Shown here: positions 1 through 12,995 of the stretch, in pieces
Numbering within the stretch: position 1 is the stretch's first letter
Layout of the letters: each line of letters begins with the position of its first letter
Source of the DNA: Octopus vulgaris
Taxonomy: Eukaryota
DNA length: 64,000 bases
Reading direction: 5' to 3'
Assembly: GCA_951406725.2 (NCBI GenBank)
Contig: OX597823.1
Coordinates: 58,776,001 to 58,840,000 of the forward strand
Notes under the pieces: generated by a model
The model's input: only the letters and a program-made list of their open reading frames with translations
The model's database searches: none
What the model was told of the DNA's origin: nothing
Program-made: the position numbers and the translations under genes

Positions 1-569
1 CTTGGCATTTTGCCTGGCGTGTTAACAATTCTGCTGGTTTACCGGCTTACAATATGAAGCAAGAATTAAAATACAAGATATATTGCTTGTACCATGTTTC
101 GCCTTGACTTCACTCTACTCAACATAAAGAAAAAATCCTTACACCCTGAAATTTGTGAAATAAATTTTTTTTCATACGTGCAGAGATTGACCGAAATTAT
201 TCTGGCATTTCTTTCTATTGCTATGATTAAAAAAAAAAAAAATTAAACATAACTTCATATTATAATTCCGATTCATGTATTAGTCTTTTAGTATCGTTGT
301 TATATTTTTGTAAATTTTCTGTTTGTTTCTCTATTTATATTTATCTCTTTATCTACTAATCTGTTTATCAAACTGTGATGCTTAGTATCTTACGCACAGT
401 CAACATTTTACCGCATTCTCTCAGCCAGGAATGTCCATTAGAGGTAATTTGTTTTGTTTTGTTTTTATAACAATCTCTGCTTCCCCCAAAACCTCTATGC
501 ATGATATGTACATAAACACACTACCGCACACAAACACACAGATGTCGGCGTATGTATATACATGTGTAT

Positions 570-602
<33 letters not shown>

Positions 603-866
603 CATACATACATATATATATATATATCTACATATGTACATATGCATAACTATATATAGATGCATATGTACATATACGTTTGTATATATATATATATATT
701 ATATATATATCATATATAGGTGTATATATATATACAAACATATAGGTACGTTTGTATACATATGTGTGTGTATGCATATGTATATATATGTATGTATAAA
801 TACATACAGACATACACGCATATCTATATGTGTGTGTGCTGTGTGTATGCATGTTTTGTGTGTGTG

Positions 867-910
<44 letters not shown>

Positions 911-1317
911 GTGTGTGTACGTGCCAGGCAAAATAACTCTGCCTTTCTAGTTTTTGTAAATTTGTCTTTTTTTCACATTCCCCTCTTATTTTTTATGATT
1001 TTTCTAGAAATCATCATACTAACAGAAAGGTCAAAAGCATTATTTCACTTTATTTCTTTTTATGAATGAATATAAGAAATGGTCCTGTTCATTGTTAGCC
1101 TTATAATATGTCATTTTGCTATCGATAAATATGTATAGAGATAATGCACATTTTCAGATTTTTGCTCACAAATGACTTTTAGATATTCATAAAGAATGGT
1201 AAAGAAAGCACATACAAATATAGAACTATGCTCTTACAACTCCCCAAAATTATAGCACGCATAATACATGCATACGTACGCATGCGCACACAAAACGCCT
1301 GCTGAGTACACGAAGGT

Positions 1318-1373
<56 letters not shown>

Positions 1374-1391
1374 GTCTTTGCATGTATATAT

Positions 1392-1537
1392 AATCCTTTA
1401 TATTGTAGGCACGAGACCTGAAATGCTGTGGACGTGAGATAGTCGAATTCATAAACCTTAGTCCTCATCTGGTACTTATTTTATTGACCCCGAAAGAGAG
1501 AAAGGTAAAGTCGACCCTGGCAGAATTTGAATTTAGA
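1392..1537 (-). mobile_element. SINE family A, partial
   Basis: Reverse complement of the family A core and tail (GGTACTTATTTTATTGACCCCGAAAG...AAAGTCGACC). Confidence 0.75.
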
Positions 1538-1616
1538 AGTATGTCAAAATAATAAGCAATACTTATATAAAGAACAGATACACATTGAAGTACAACCAAT
1601 ATAATTTTGTTTGAAA

Positions 1617-2229
1617 TGCGGCAGCTGGCAGAAACGTTAGCACGCCGGGCGAAATGCTTAGCAGTATTTCATCTGCCGTTACGTTCTGAGTTCAAATTCC
1701 GCTGAGGTTGACTTTGCCTTTCATCCTTTCGGAGTCGATAAATTAAGTACCAGTTACGCACTGGGGTCGATATAATCGACTTAATCCGTTTGTCTGTCCT
1801 TGTTTCTCCCCTCTACGTTTAACCCCTTGTGAGCAATAAAGAAATAAGAAACGTTAGCACGCCGGACGAAATGCTTAGCAGTATTTCGTCTGCCGCTACG
1901 TTCTGAGATCATATTCCGCCGAGGTCGACTTTGCCTTTCATCCTTTCGGGGTCCATTAAATAAGTACCAGTTACGCACTGTGGTCGATATAATCGACTTA
2001 ATCCGTTTGTTTTTCCTTGTTTGTCCCCTCTGTGTTTGACCCCTTGTGGGTAGTAAAGAAATGGGTATTTCGTCTCTCTTTCTGAGTTCTGAGTTCAAAT
2101 TCCACCGTGGTCGACTTTCATCCTTTCAAGGTCGATAAATTAAGTACCAGTTGCATACTGGGATCGAATTAATCGACTAGCCCCGCTTCCCAAAATTTCG
2201 GACATTGTGCCTAGAGTAGAAAAGAATAT
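1617..2229 (+). mobile_element. tRNA-derived SINE family A, head-to-tail trimer
   Basis: Head GCTGGCAGAAACGTTAGCAC, B-box GAGTTCAAATTCC, and core GTCGACTTTGCCTTTCATCCTTTCGGGGTCGATAAATTAAGTACCAG repeated three times. A single TSD ATTTTGTTTGAAA lies at 1604-1616 and 2230-2242. Confidence 0.85.
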
Positions 2230-2606
2230 ATTTTGTTTGAAAATTTCCCGTGTTTTATTTCTTGTGACAGACAATTGTTTCTTATAGAAATTTAGAAAGA
2301 GAAGCGGGTGGATCGATCAATTTGATTATAGTACTTTACGAGTGTGTTATATTTTAGACCCCGAAAGGACGCAAGACAAGGATTTTAACCGAGAAAATTA
2401 AGTTCTGGAACAATTACCGTAAGACATTCTGTTTGATACTTGTATGATCCTGCTAATTCACTGAACTTTTTTTTTTACCTTACGATAATTAAAAACAGAA
2501 AATTATTGTTTATATAGATCATCATCGCAATGATAATTGTTAATCTAAATGAGATGCCAGTTGAAAAATTTTAATTAAAATAAGGTCAATGAATTTAAAG
2601 ATTTGT

Positions 2607-3300
2607 AGATAATTTTTACGACATCCTCTTACAGACTACCTTGATGGCATATGATAGTGATCATATCATTTTAACTGGTAACTTTGTTGGACATGCTGGA
2701 CAGCATTCTTGCTATGGATTTAGTTTTCAAAATGAGATGGCGGAGCAACATGTTTTGTCATGCAAATGACAATTATTTGCTACACTAGCGTTAGGGAACC
2801 AGCCACCTGATCACCTGTGATTTTGGTGGGGATACAAATCAGACTGACTACATTCTCACCAGAAAGGGATAAAGAAAGATGGTTGTAAATGCCAAGTCTA
2901 TCCCCCTTACTGAATGATGAATGCATTATTGGTTAGTGACTTCGGACGTAGAGCTAGAAGAATTCAGAGATAAAAGACAAGGAATATATGAAGGTTAATA
3001 GTTCTATTGGGTTGTCAGAGATTTAGAAGTCCTAATCGAAGATTTCTTTTAAGCAGGAGAGGGAGATAAAGGCATACAACATAGAAGATAGCTGGAATTT
3101 CTTCCAGGATAACTTACCAAGGGCTACAGATAAGTCTGTGTCTAGTGCAGAGTTCCAGCCTGACCGTGGATGAAAATGAAGGTGGAACAATGAAGAAGAC
3201 AGAACCATAAAAGCAAAGAGACAAGCTTGTATGTATTGGAAGAATTGGAGTAGCAGAAAATTATACGAGGTAGCTAGAAGAGAAACTGGGCGTCTCTGTC
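2607..3300 (+). mobile_element. Degenerate RTE-clade LINE fragment (AP endonuclease region)
   Basis: Manual translation across stops and frameshifts gives DNFYDILLQTT, SHLITCDFGGDTNQTDYILTRKG*RKMVVNAKSIP and NIEDSWNFFQDNL, which resemble RTE APE motifs (IT..SGG...QIDYIL.R). Confidence 0.6.
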
Positions 3301-3667
3301 ACTGTAGAACTTTTCTCTCCTCCCCTCTTCGCATCGTCTCCCTATTTTTCTTCTGTCAGTAGTACATCATAGTGTTGTTTTCCACACCCTTTTTATAATC
3401 TGACACACATCACCTTCCTTCCTAACCCATTTCATTTTCCTTAAGTTTTTGATATATGGCTTTAAAAAAAACATCAGATATTAAAATATTTGAGCTTCAA
3501 ATAGAAACTGACAAGTAACTTAAAACTGTTATATTTAATGTATGACTTTCAAATGTCACATTTTGATGTGCGATTTGGTAGTACCATAAATTAAGAGATA
3601 TTATTATCAGATTATAAACCTGGTTTTACAGATAGCCATACTTTTTCTTTTCAAATCAAGATGCAAT

Positions 3668-3882
3668 TCTTTTTATCTTTTACTTGTTTCAGTCATTGGA
3701 CTACGGCCGTATTGGGGCCCTACCTTGAAGAGTTTAGTTGAACAGATCGACCCCTATACTTATTTATAAGTTTGCTATTTATTCTGTCGGTCACTTTTGC
3801 TAAACCGCTGGATTATGGGGACAAAAACAAACAACACCGATTATTAAGTGATGGGAAGAGACGAACACAACGATAATACAGC

Positions 3883-3900
<18 letters not shown>
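3668..3900 (-). mobile_element. SINE family B, 3' half
   Basis: TTTTACTTGTTTCAGTCATTGGACT...TCGGTCACTTTTGCTAAACCGCT matches the other family B copies. Confidence 0.7.
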
Positions 3901-3922
<22 letters not shown>

Positions 3923-4263
3923 CGTGCGTGTGTACTTATGTATTCATATAGATACGCACAAAGACACACATACATGTGTATGTATATATATGTATATATA
4001 TATATTATGTGTATATATATATATAGGTATATATATATATATATTTATATATATATGTATTTAATTTTATTTGTTAGGGAATAAAAATTCCGGCATAATA
4101 GGGGTTCAAATTATTCTCACTGAAGAAATATATACTTTCATTTAGAGATAGTAGGCCCCTTCATCTCACCATATAAAAAAGAATTTTAATTTTAAATACC
4201 TACTACTTTATATGATCGAACGCCACGCAACCATTTTGAAGTAAGTTATACATACATATATAT

Positions 4264-4407
<144 letters not shown>

Positions 4408-4668
4408 CGACATCTACGTAACTATCTTTGTCCAACCATATGTATATCAAATATTAATTCTAAATAATAATTTTCTGTTCAGTTTCTTTTTTGTTTTCTG
4501 ATTATTGGTTGCGTGACAAACTATTGAAAAAACACATTTCATGAAATCGACAGAGAAACTGTGAGGCATTTAGAATGTGTAGTGCGTTACTATAATATGT
4601 CAGAGCCAGTAACATTAGTATTCGTAGTATTCGTAGTAGTAGTAGTATTCGTAGTAGTAGTAGTATTC

Positions 4669-4713
<45 letters not shown>

Positions 4714-5639
4714 AGAGGAGGAGGAGGCGGACAGCTGCAGAATACATCATAATGCAAATTGTAACTTGACTTTATAACTGTTTGTCGGAACAGCGACCCG
4801 GCGGATTAGTGGACCAGTGGACCAGTTACTGTTCTTGAAAGGAAGTGTCATAACTCTCATTCAACTACAAAGCCAATGCTATCGTATGTGATACTGATAT
4901 ACACATCTCGTAATGATACACAAATATCTTGTTCTATAGGACACGTCTTCATTCAGAAAGGCTGTCTCACTAATTAGAAATATTTACTCACCGATATGGA
5001 GTATCTATTTGCTTGCCTATAAATGAATAGTGTCTTCCCTTAAGTAGTGGTTTATTTAGTCCCAACTTAACCCATACTATTCAACTTTCTCTTTGAGTGT
5101 TGTTATTTTTAATGCATTTAAGTCTTCAAACCCCAAGAGCTGAGGCTCATCCTTTGCCCAAACGCACCAGTGAGGGAAGCTTTACGAGGTGGTCACTCGA
5201 AATGCTACACATAGCAGTCAAACCATTATCATATCGCACAACTATTTTGTAAAAGAACATAAAAGATATCGGAGTCATAGCTACGCAAATGCGTGTGCGC
5301 GCACTTCTATTTCGATGCGGCGAGACAGTTATTTTTATAATCGCGTGGGCTGCTGGAAAGTGCGAAGTTATTTGAAAATAAAAATACTACGAAATGTCAA
5401 GAATATCAAAAATGTCTCCACTTGACGTACACATACACTGCAAGTACAACACATACATATGCATACCAGTGTACAAATACGCGCACTCACACATTCACAC
5501 ACATTCAAAGACGAATACTATATATTCAGTTTTCTCTTTCTCTCTCTCTCTCTTCCCTTGTACACACAAGCGCAAAAAGTACATAGATAGATACATACAT
5601 ACACACACACACACACATATATATACACATACAAATACA

Positions 5640-5761
5640 CATGGTTCCAGGTTCAGTCTCACAGCGTGGCACCTTGGGCGCATGTCTTATACTACAGCCT
5701 TGGGCTGACCAAAGCCGTCCGTGTGCGTGGATTTGATAGACGGAAACTGAAAGTAGCACGT

Positions 5762-5801
<40 letters not shown>

Positions 5802-5808
5802 TATATAT

Positions 5809-5846
<38 letters not shown>

Positions 5847-5961
5847 CACGTGATCACGTGACCGACCAGGCTATCAGATGTTGCTACACATCGCTGGTCA
5901 CTATGCGCTTCGCATTGTTTTAGCCCTCAAATGACGCCACCCCGCTGGCTAAGCGAGCAGA

Positions 5962-6026
<65 letters not shown>

Positions 6027-6140
6027 GTACGTACGTATTTGTTTGTTTGTGCTTGTTTCTGTTAGACACCGATGTTGGTGTTTTTACGTCCTCGTAACCT
6101 AGCGGTTCGGCAAAAGAGACTGATAGAATAAGTTCTAGGC
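5640..6140 (+). mobile_element. tRNA/CORE-like SINE family B with internal microsatellite and a nested family C tail
   Basis: GGTTCAGTC B-box and GCACCTTGGGC CORE-like motif. The internal (TA)n contains 5846-5965, which is the reverse complement of the 3' part of the SINE at 8029-8287. Confidence 0.8.
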
Positions 6141-6253
6141 CTTTCATCCTTTCGCAGTCGATGAATTAAGTACCAGTGAAACATTGCAGTAGATGTGATT
6201 GACTTACTTGCTCCCTCTAAATTTCAGGCCTTGTACCTAATAGCAGAAAAGCT

Positions 6254-6307
<54 letters not shown>

Positions 6308-6366
6308 GTGTGTGTGTTTGTGTGAGTGTATGTGTGTGTGTGTGTGTATACAGATGTATATATATA

Positions 6367-6598
6367 CAGGGTTGGCTAAAAGCCATCCGACAGAAAATCA
6401 AAGTTCCATAAATATATCTGTAATTCTATATTGACTCGAATAGAAAAATGTGTCGCTGAAAAAGGACTTCAGTTCGAACAATTTTCATCACGTTTCGTAT
6501 TTAGATGCTTTTATTAAATTCATTCAGTTGTTAAACATAAATTAATCTTGGAATTAAATGGTTTTGATTTACTGTCAAGTGACTTTTGTCCAACCCTG
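6367..6598. mobile_element. Tc1/mariner-type MITE
   Basis: Imperfect TIRs CAGGGTTGGCTAAAAGCCA...TGACTTTTGTCCAACCCTG, flanked by TA on both sides. Confidence 0.75.
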
Positions 6599-6699
6599 TA
6601 TATATGTATATAAGACAGAAAGTGAGAGACGTATTGGAGGTAATATATCGTAATAATTTTTTTTTTTCTGAAAGCATAAGAAAACAATTGGTTTAATTA

Positions 6700-7320
6700 C
6701 ACAAAGTTATGCAAAGACACCATGCTCATAGGTGTTTCATGTGGAACTGTTAATTCTCGTTGTACTCAAATTGTTCTTCACGCGGATGGCATCCTCCAGT
6801 AATTAAGCGCAAGCAAATTTTAAAAAGAATGTCAATATATTGTCTTATTTCTACTCCACTATAATATTATACATCTGTGTAAAAACTCCCCTTACGATCT
6901 CTTTGAAACAGGAGCTGTTGAATTTCTGATGCATTAATAATCGTATTTGATGACATAAATGACAGGCAGATATATAAGACGCATTCCAATTCCAGAAAAA
7001 CAATATTTATAGAAACTTCGCGTATGGGATCCGAGTAGCATTTTTCAGACATTTTTTCAGAATATAACACGTTGTATATGCCAACAAATAGAGTAACTTG
7101 ATTTTTGATATATTTCTGTTGATATATTTCTGTCCCGGGGTTAAACAATGATGTCAACAGCACTCAAAAAGCTAAGCTACATTTCATTATCAAAAAAGTA
7201 ATAGAGGTGCATGTAAAATGGTGGTCACAAAGGAAACCGAGCCGGCTATATCTTGATGGATTCGATGAAAGCTTAGGATATTTCCTTAAAACCTATTTCC
7301 AGAGGACGTAGTCTAGTTTC
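6700..7320 (+). mobile_element. Possible decayed PIF/Harbinger transposase remnant
   Basis: Weak interrupted motifs only (LIGVSCGTVNS; YISVPGLNNDV). Confidence 0.2.
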
Positions 7321-7562
7321 TCTTAGAGTTCTAAAGAGTTTACTGAAACAGATAATGTTTCTGAGAAATATATTAACGTAACATTTTTTGTGTCTCCTTA
7401 AAACACTTAGCCTTGTGTCCAGAAATCAAGTGATCTTTTTGCCAGTGTATATACAAATATCTAAACATGCATATACACATATATACACAGGCATATGATA
7501 TGTGTGTGTAGACCCGTTGTGTACGTATGTGTATATGAAAGAGTATGAATATTTGTTTGTTA

Positions 7563-7680
<118 letters not shown>

Positions 7681-8028
7681 ATATCTACATACATTATCGA
7701 ACACATTCGAAATACGCAGCTAACTTGTTCGCCGGTAGGTTACGAATAGCGTGGTGGCGATGACTCTCTCAAAGCGCCGAATGTTAAAATACCTGAAAGT
7801 CATAGACAGGTGAGACAGCTCGCTCCAAATCCCATGTAGGGGCGATAGAACAGATTTTTCTCGAAATGATTGCCAGTACATGACTATCTACATACAAATA
7901 GGGTTAAAAAAAACATTTACTGGTATGCCACGACGATGCATAAATAAATTCAAATTATTCAATATTCAGATGCTGCGCTAGTGTTGTAAATGTGTGTGTG
8001 TGTGTGTGTGCATGTGTGTGTGTGCGTG

Positions 8029-8287
8029 CAGGTGCATGGCCTGGTGGATTGGGATGTTTGACTCACCATCGTGGGATCGTGAGTTCGATTCTCAGACAGG
8101 ATGTGCATTGTGAGCTTGAGCAAGACACTTCATTTCACGTTTCTCCAGTCCACTCACCTCTAAATGGGTAACCTTGCAACGGATTAGCCTTCCAATCAGA
8201 GAGAATATTGGTCTGCTCGCCAAGCCAGCAGAGTGTCTAAAACGATGTGAAGCGTATTGTGACCAGCGACGTATAACGACAGTGATA
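8029..8287 (+). mobile_element. tRNA-derived SINE family C
   Basis: A-box-like TGGCCTGGTGG, B-box GAGTTCGATTC, core CTTGAGCAAGACACTTCATTTCACG. Confidence 0.75.
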
Positions 8288-8727
8288 TATAACACACACA
8301 CCACATACATATGTATGTATATATATATGTATATGTGTGTGTGTGTGTATATACATATACACATGTAGTTATATATAGATAAAAATAGATATCTATCAAT
8401 TTATCCATCTATCTATCTTCCTAGTTTTCTATCTATCTGCATTTATCTCTTAATCTCTCTCTCCCTCTCTACATACATATATAATTTTGTATACATACAT
8501 ACATACATACATACATACATGCATACATACATACATACATACATACATACATACATACATACATACATACATACATACACTCATATTGTTAAAATACGAA
8601 TCTATAAACTCCGAGATAGTGTGAAATAATTAATTTTTGGAAGGTCGGATCTGGAAACAGATCAAAATACGAATATTAGTACATAAATATTAGGTTAGAA
8701 AATACTTCGGATAGAAAGTCGAAAAAT

Positions 8728-8791
8728 ACCCATGGGTATCGAAACCACATCTCCTGTAAGCATGGAAGGTGTTTTATCATTGAACCAAAGC
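8728..8791 (-). mobile_element. Isolated tRNA-like (Pol III) head inside a foldback-like repeat
   Basis: The minus strand reads TGGTTCAATGAT...GGTTTCGATACCC (A/B-box spacing). The cloverleaf is not intact. Confidence 0.4.
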
Positions 8792-9121
8792 ATTCTGTAT
8801 TCATTCAAGAAACTTTATTCATACCGGTCACAATTGCATCATGTTGACGTCATGAGAAATTAGAAAGATTGCATTGTTCTAATACGAGAACGTCAATAAT
8901 GTTTTCAGGAGAGGGAAAATCGCGTCATACCTATGGCTTTGGAGTTTTTCTATCTAAAGAAATTTTAAACCTATTTTTACACTCTATAGCTTTATCTGCT
9001 TCGAGATGCACCATTCCATAAAAAGATCATTTTACACACACACATACAACAAAACATACGTGCGTGTATGTGAATATATATGTATGCGTAAGCATTTATA
9101 TTCGCATATGCGACTCCTCAT

Positions 9122-9340
9122 TTTTTATCTTTTACTCTTTTACTTGTTTCAGTCATGTGATTGTGGCCATGCTGGAGCACGCCTTTAGTCGAGTAAATAG
9201 ACCCCAGGACTTATTCTTTGTAAGTCTAGTACTTATTCTATCGGTCACTTTTGCCGAACCGCTACGTTACGGAGACGTAAACACACCAGCATCGGTTGTC
9301 AAGTGATGTTGGGGAGACAAACACAGACACACAAACATAT

Positions 9341-9416
<76 letters not shown>

Positions 9417-9770
9417 ATATTTCGAAATGGTCATATTGCCAGTTTAGCCAATAAAAACACACACACTATATATTTGGTGTTATTTTGCTTCAGTGATATT
9501 TATTTTTTACATTAATCTTAATCTTATTTCGGCCAAAGTTCTTTCGTCACACTCCTGTGACCGCATCAGTGGTCCTTTGTTTTCTTCTCACTTATATATA
9601 TATACGACGGGCTTCTTTCAGTTTCCGTCTACCAAATCCACTCACAAGGATTTGGTCGGCCCGAGGCTATAGTAGAAGACACTTGTCAAAGGTGCCACGC
9701 AGTGGGACTGAACCCGGAACGATGTGGTTCGTAAGCAAGCCACTTACCACACACCCACTCCTACGCCTAT
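9122..9770 (-). mobile_element. SINE family B, full length, with insertion at 9413-9593
   Basis: The minus strand begins ATAGGCGTAGGAGTGGGTGTGTGGTAAG...CCGGGTTCAGTCCC...ACCTTTGACAAGTG, then has an internal (TA)n and an (AGTAAAAG)-like tail. Confidence 0.9.
9531..9575 (-). ncRNA. Type I hammerhead-ribozyme-like motif in a Penelope-like fragment (9413-9593)
   Basis: Minus strand: GGACCA CUGAUGC G GUCACA GGAG UGUGAC GAAA G AA CUU UGGCC. Stem II is 6 bp, stem I is CCA/UGG, and the core A9 is replaced by C. Confidence 0.5.
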
Positions 9771-10263
9771 ATAAATATTTTTGTCTTCTTTTATAAGTAT
9801 TTCCCCCTGGTCTGCTTCCATTCCGTCGAGGACAAAATGGGTTTATCACAAAAGTTTGAATCACGACTAATCTGGTCAATCGTCTACCAGGTATCTCTCG
9901 CGTGAACGACATACACACATGGTCGCTTTCTTTTCGCGAATTCACACCCAAATTTCACCCAATATCGAAACCAGCCGTCTTAAGCAAGAAAGAACACGTC
10001 AAACATACCCCTTAAAATGAAGGGAAGGGGCAAGCCTAGAAAAATAGAAGAATAGAACTCCTTGGTCTAAGTTGACATGGTGCTAAATAATAACAGAAGC
10101 ACAAACATGCTGCCTTAATTTTTGAGCATATGTGTGATGTATGAGTTATTCAACGTAATGTTTCCAACCTCAATTTGAATAGTAAGTCTTGTTATTCCCA
10201 AACCTGACTAATGACCTCAGGTAGTGAATCACGTACGATTTGTCCTGGAACATATGCATTAGC

Positions 10264-10314
10264 ATATACTTGCATACATATCTACCTGTCTATCTATTTA
10301 TTTATTGGTAAGTT

Positions 10315-10363
<49 letters not shown>

Positions 10364-10877
10364 AAGACAGAAATACATGGACAGATATACATACGTACAC
10401 ACACACACATATACGTATGTATATATATATGTCTATGTATATATGTATATTTGTATATATATATGTATATATATATATATCTATGTTTGTGTATATTTAT
10501 ATATATATATGTGCAAAATACCCATACGTATACACGAATATATACATACGCAGATACATGATGTATCTCTCTATTTTTCTACCATGGTGCTGTACTTATT
10601 TGCAGAGGGACTACAATGATGTTTGTTGTTTGGGGTTAGCGATTGAATTTGCCAGGAAGAATTATGCTGTTGCCATTTCTTATTTCCTGTGGGATAAACA
10701 ACAGAACTGGAATAGAGATTTTGTTAACTAGTAATATGTAGATTGCTGTCATTCCATGCCTCTAGAATACATGGACATTAGCATACATTGCTTCGACTGT
10801 TAATATGTTTGTATATATAATATAAATGTGTGACTATATATACAGGTTCTTGTATGTGTGTATATATGTGTGTGTGT

Positions 10878-10930
<53 letters not shown>

Positions 10931-10989
10931 CCTATGTGTATATACACCACACACACACTTATGTATATCTGTCCATGTATTTCTGTCTT

Positions 10990-11030
<41 letters not shown>

Positions 11031-11079
11031 CTTACCAATATATAAATAGATAGACAGGTAGATATGTATGCAAGTATAT
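10264..11079. repeat. Inverted repeat, ~120-130-bp arms (10264-10393 / 10960-11079) with ~570-bp spacer
   Basis: ATACTTGCATACATATCTACCTGTCTATC...CGAAAGACAGAAATACATGGACAGATATACATA recurs as a near-exact reverse complement. Confidence 0.9.
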
Positions 11080-11211
11080 AAATATGGATAGAGATGGATA
11101 TGCAAATTTCTAAATCAGTATATAATTTCTCTGCGCATATTGCCATATATGTGTCAGAGCACATTAGCTCCCTCTTTATGTCTCCTGTTATGTGTGTGTG
11201 TGTGTGTGTGT

Positions 11212-11440
11212 GGAGGCGCGTGGCTTAGTGGTCAGGGTGTCAGCATCATGATCGTAAGATTGTGGTTTCGATTCCTGGACCGAGCAACGCATTGTGTTCT
11301 TGAGCAAAATACTTCATTTCACGTTGCTCCAGTCAACTCAGCTGGCAAAAATGAGTAACGCTCCGATGGACTGGCGTACCGTCCAGCTGGGGAACACATG
11401 CGCCATTGAAACCGGCTAGGCTTTAAAAGGGCGCATTTAT
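11212..11440 (+). mobile_element. SINE family C
   Basis: GGAGGCGCGTGGCTTAGTGGTCAGGG A-box, GGTTTCGATTCC B-box, core TTCTTGAGCAAAATACTTCATTTCACG. Confidence 0.85.
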
Positions 11441-11470
11441 TTTATATATATATAAAAAGAGAGAGAGAGA

Positions 11471-11516
<46 letters not shown>

Positions 11517-12632
11517 CATAAAACTTCTTGAATTATAGATCAAGGGGACTAGAAATTCGAAGAGATCTCAATGCAGATTTCATAGGACCTATTGATTTAC
11601 CGAAACAAAAGATTTGTTGTCAGAATATGAGATCTATATCGTAACTATCTCTCTCTCTTTCTCTTTCTCTTTATCTACCTATCAATATATACATGCATAC
11701 ATACATACGTACTTGCGTACATACTTACAGAAAGACAAACGTACAGACAGGTGGTCATATAGAACGGTGTGATATTCTTTCTATCTCTGTCAATAAAAAA
11801 AAAAGAAAAATGAAGATAACCAGTCGTAGCTGGATCGTCTTTGCTCATAGGACTATTTCATCTTTTGAATGGTAAAAGACAACAAGTGAAACAAGGAGTG
11901 GATTAGACAAGCATTGGACAATAATATTCAATGTACTGACTTACTTCCCTTTACATTCTTATTGAAATCTGACCGATGAAGATGTAACTTTTGTTTCATC
12001 GTTTAATGTTCAGTACAATAAGTGCGAATTGAGTTCTAAGGGCAATTTAATTGAGTGTTCCGCCTTCAAAATTTGCCAGTGTTACAAATTTTTGATTGAA
12101 TTTAAATATCAGAATTTATTAATTTCTTTGATCATTTACTTGTATTATTTAACGAGCGTCTTAATTAAGTAATTAACTTATTAATTAAATTTGAAAATAT
12201 GTACTTTGATGCATAATGACCTGTAATTGTTGATGTATGTATAGATATATTTATATGTATATGTCTGTCTATGTATATATATATATGTATGTGTGTGTGT
12301 GTGTGTGTGTGTGTATTTACAGAGACATACGCCTGCATACACATACACACATACGCGTACACACAATGCTATCCTCCATTTCACGATACGTAGATAATTA
12401 AAAACTTCCCTGTCAATAATGCATCACAACGCCAATACATATGTTAATGTCCAGCGTATTTGATGAATTTGCAAATACGTGGTTCTAGATTCGATCCAAC
12501 TGTTCAGCACCTTGAACAGCTGTTTTGTGCTTTAGGTTGCTCAGTCACTTGCGCATTTGAGTAAAGAAACAACTTAATACTGGCATAGTTATGTGTTCAT
12601 TGCTTTGTCAATATACCTTATGTTCAATTTTG

Positions 12633-12864
12633 AAGGCGGCGAGCTGACAGAAACGTTAGCACGCCGGGCGAAATGCGTAGTCGTATTTCGTCTGCCGTTA
12701 CGTTCTGAGTTCAAATTCTGCCGAGGTCGACTTTGCATTTCATCCTTTGGGGGTCAATAAATTAAGTACCAGTTACACACTGGGGTCCATGTAATCGACT
12801 TAATCCGCTTATCTGTCCTTGTTTGTCCCCTCTGTGTGTAGCCCCTTGTGGGTAGTAAAGAAAT
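12633..12864 (+). mobile_element. SINE family A, full length
   Basis: AAGGCGGCGAGCTG...GTAAAGAAAT, with a ~21-bp TSD TATACCTTAT(G/A)TTCAATTTTG on both sides. Confidence 0.9.
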
Positions 12865-12964
12865 ATATACCTTATATTCAATTTTGCTGAATGATAATAT
12901 TCCCTCCGCCTCCTCCTCCTCCTCCTCCTATTATAATTATTATTATTGTTGTTATTGTTGTTGT

Positions 12965-12993
<29 letters not shown>

Positions 12994-12995
<2 letters not shown>

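Noticed and set aside
11212-11285. Functional tRNA genes at SINE heads
   Set aside because: A/B boxes are present but cloverleaves are broken, and the heads continue into SINE bodies.
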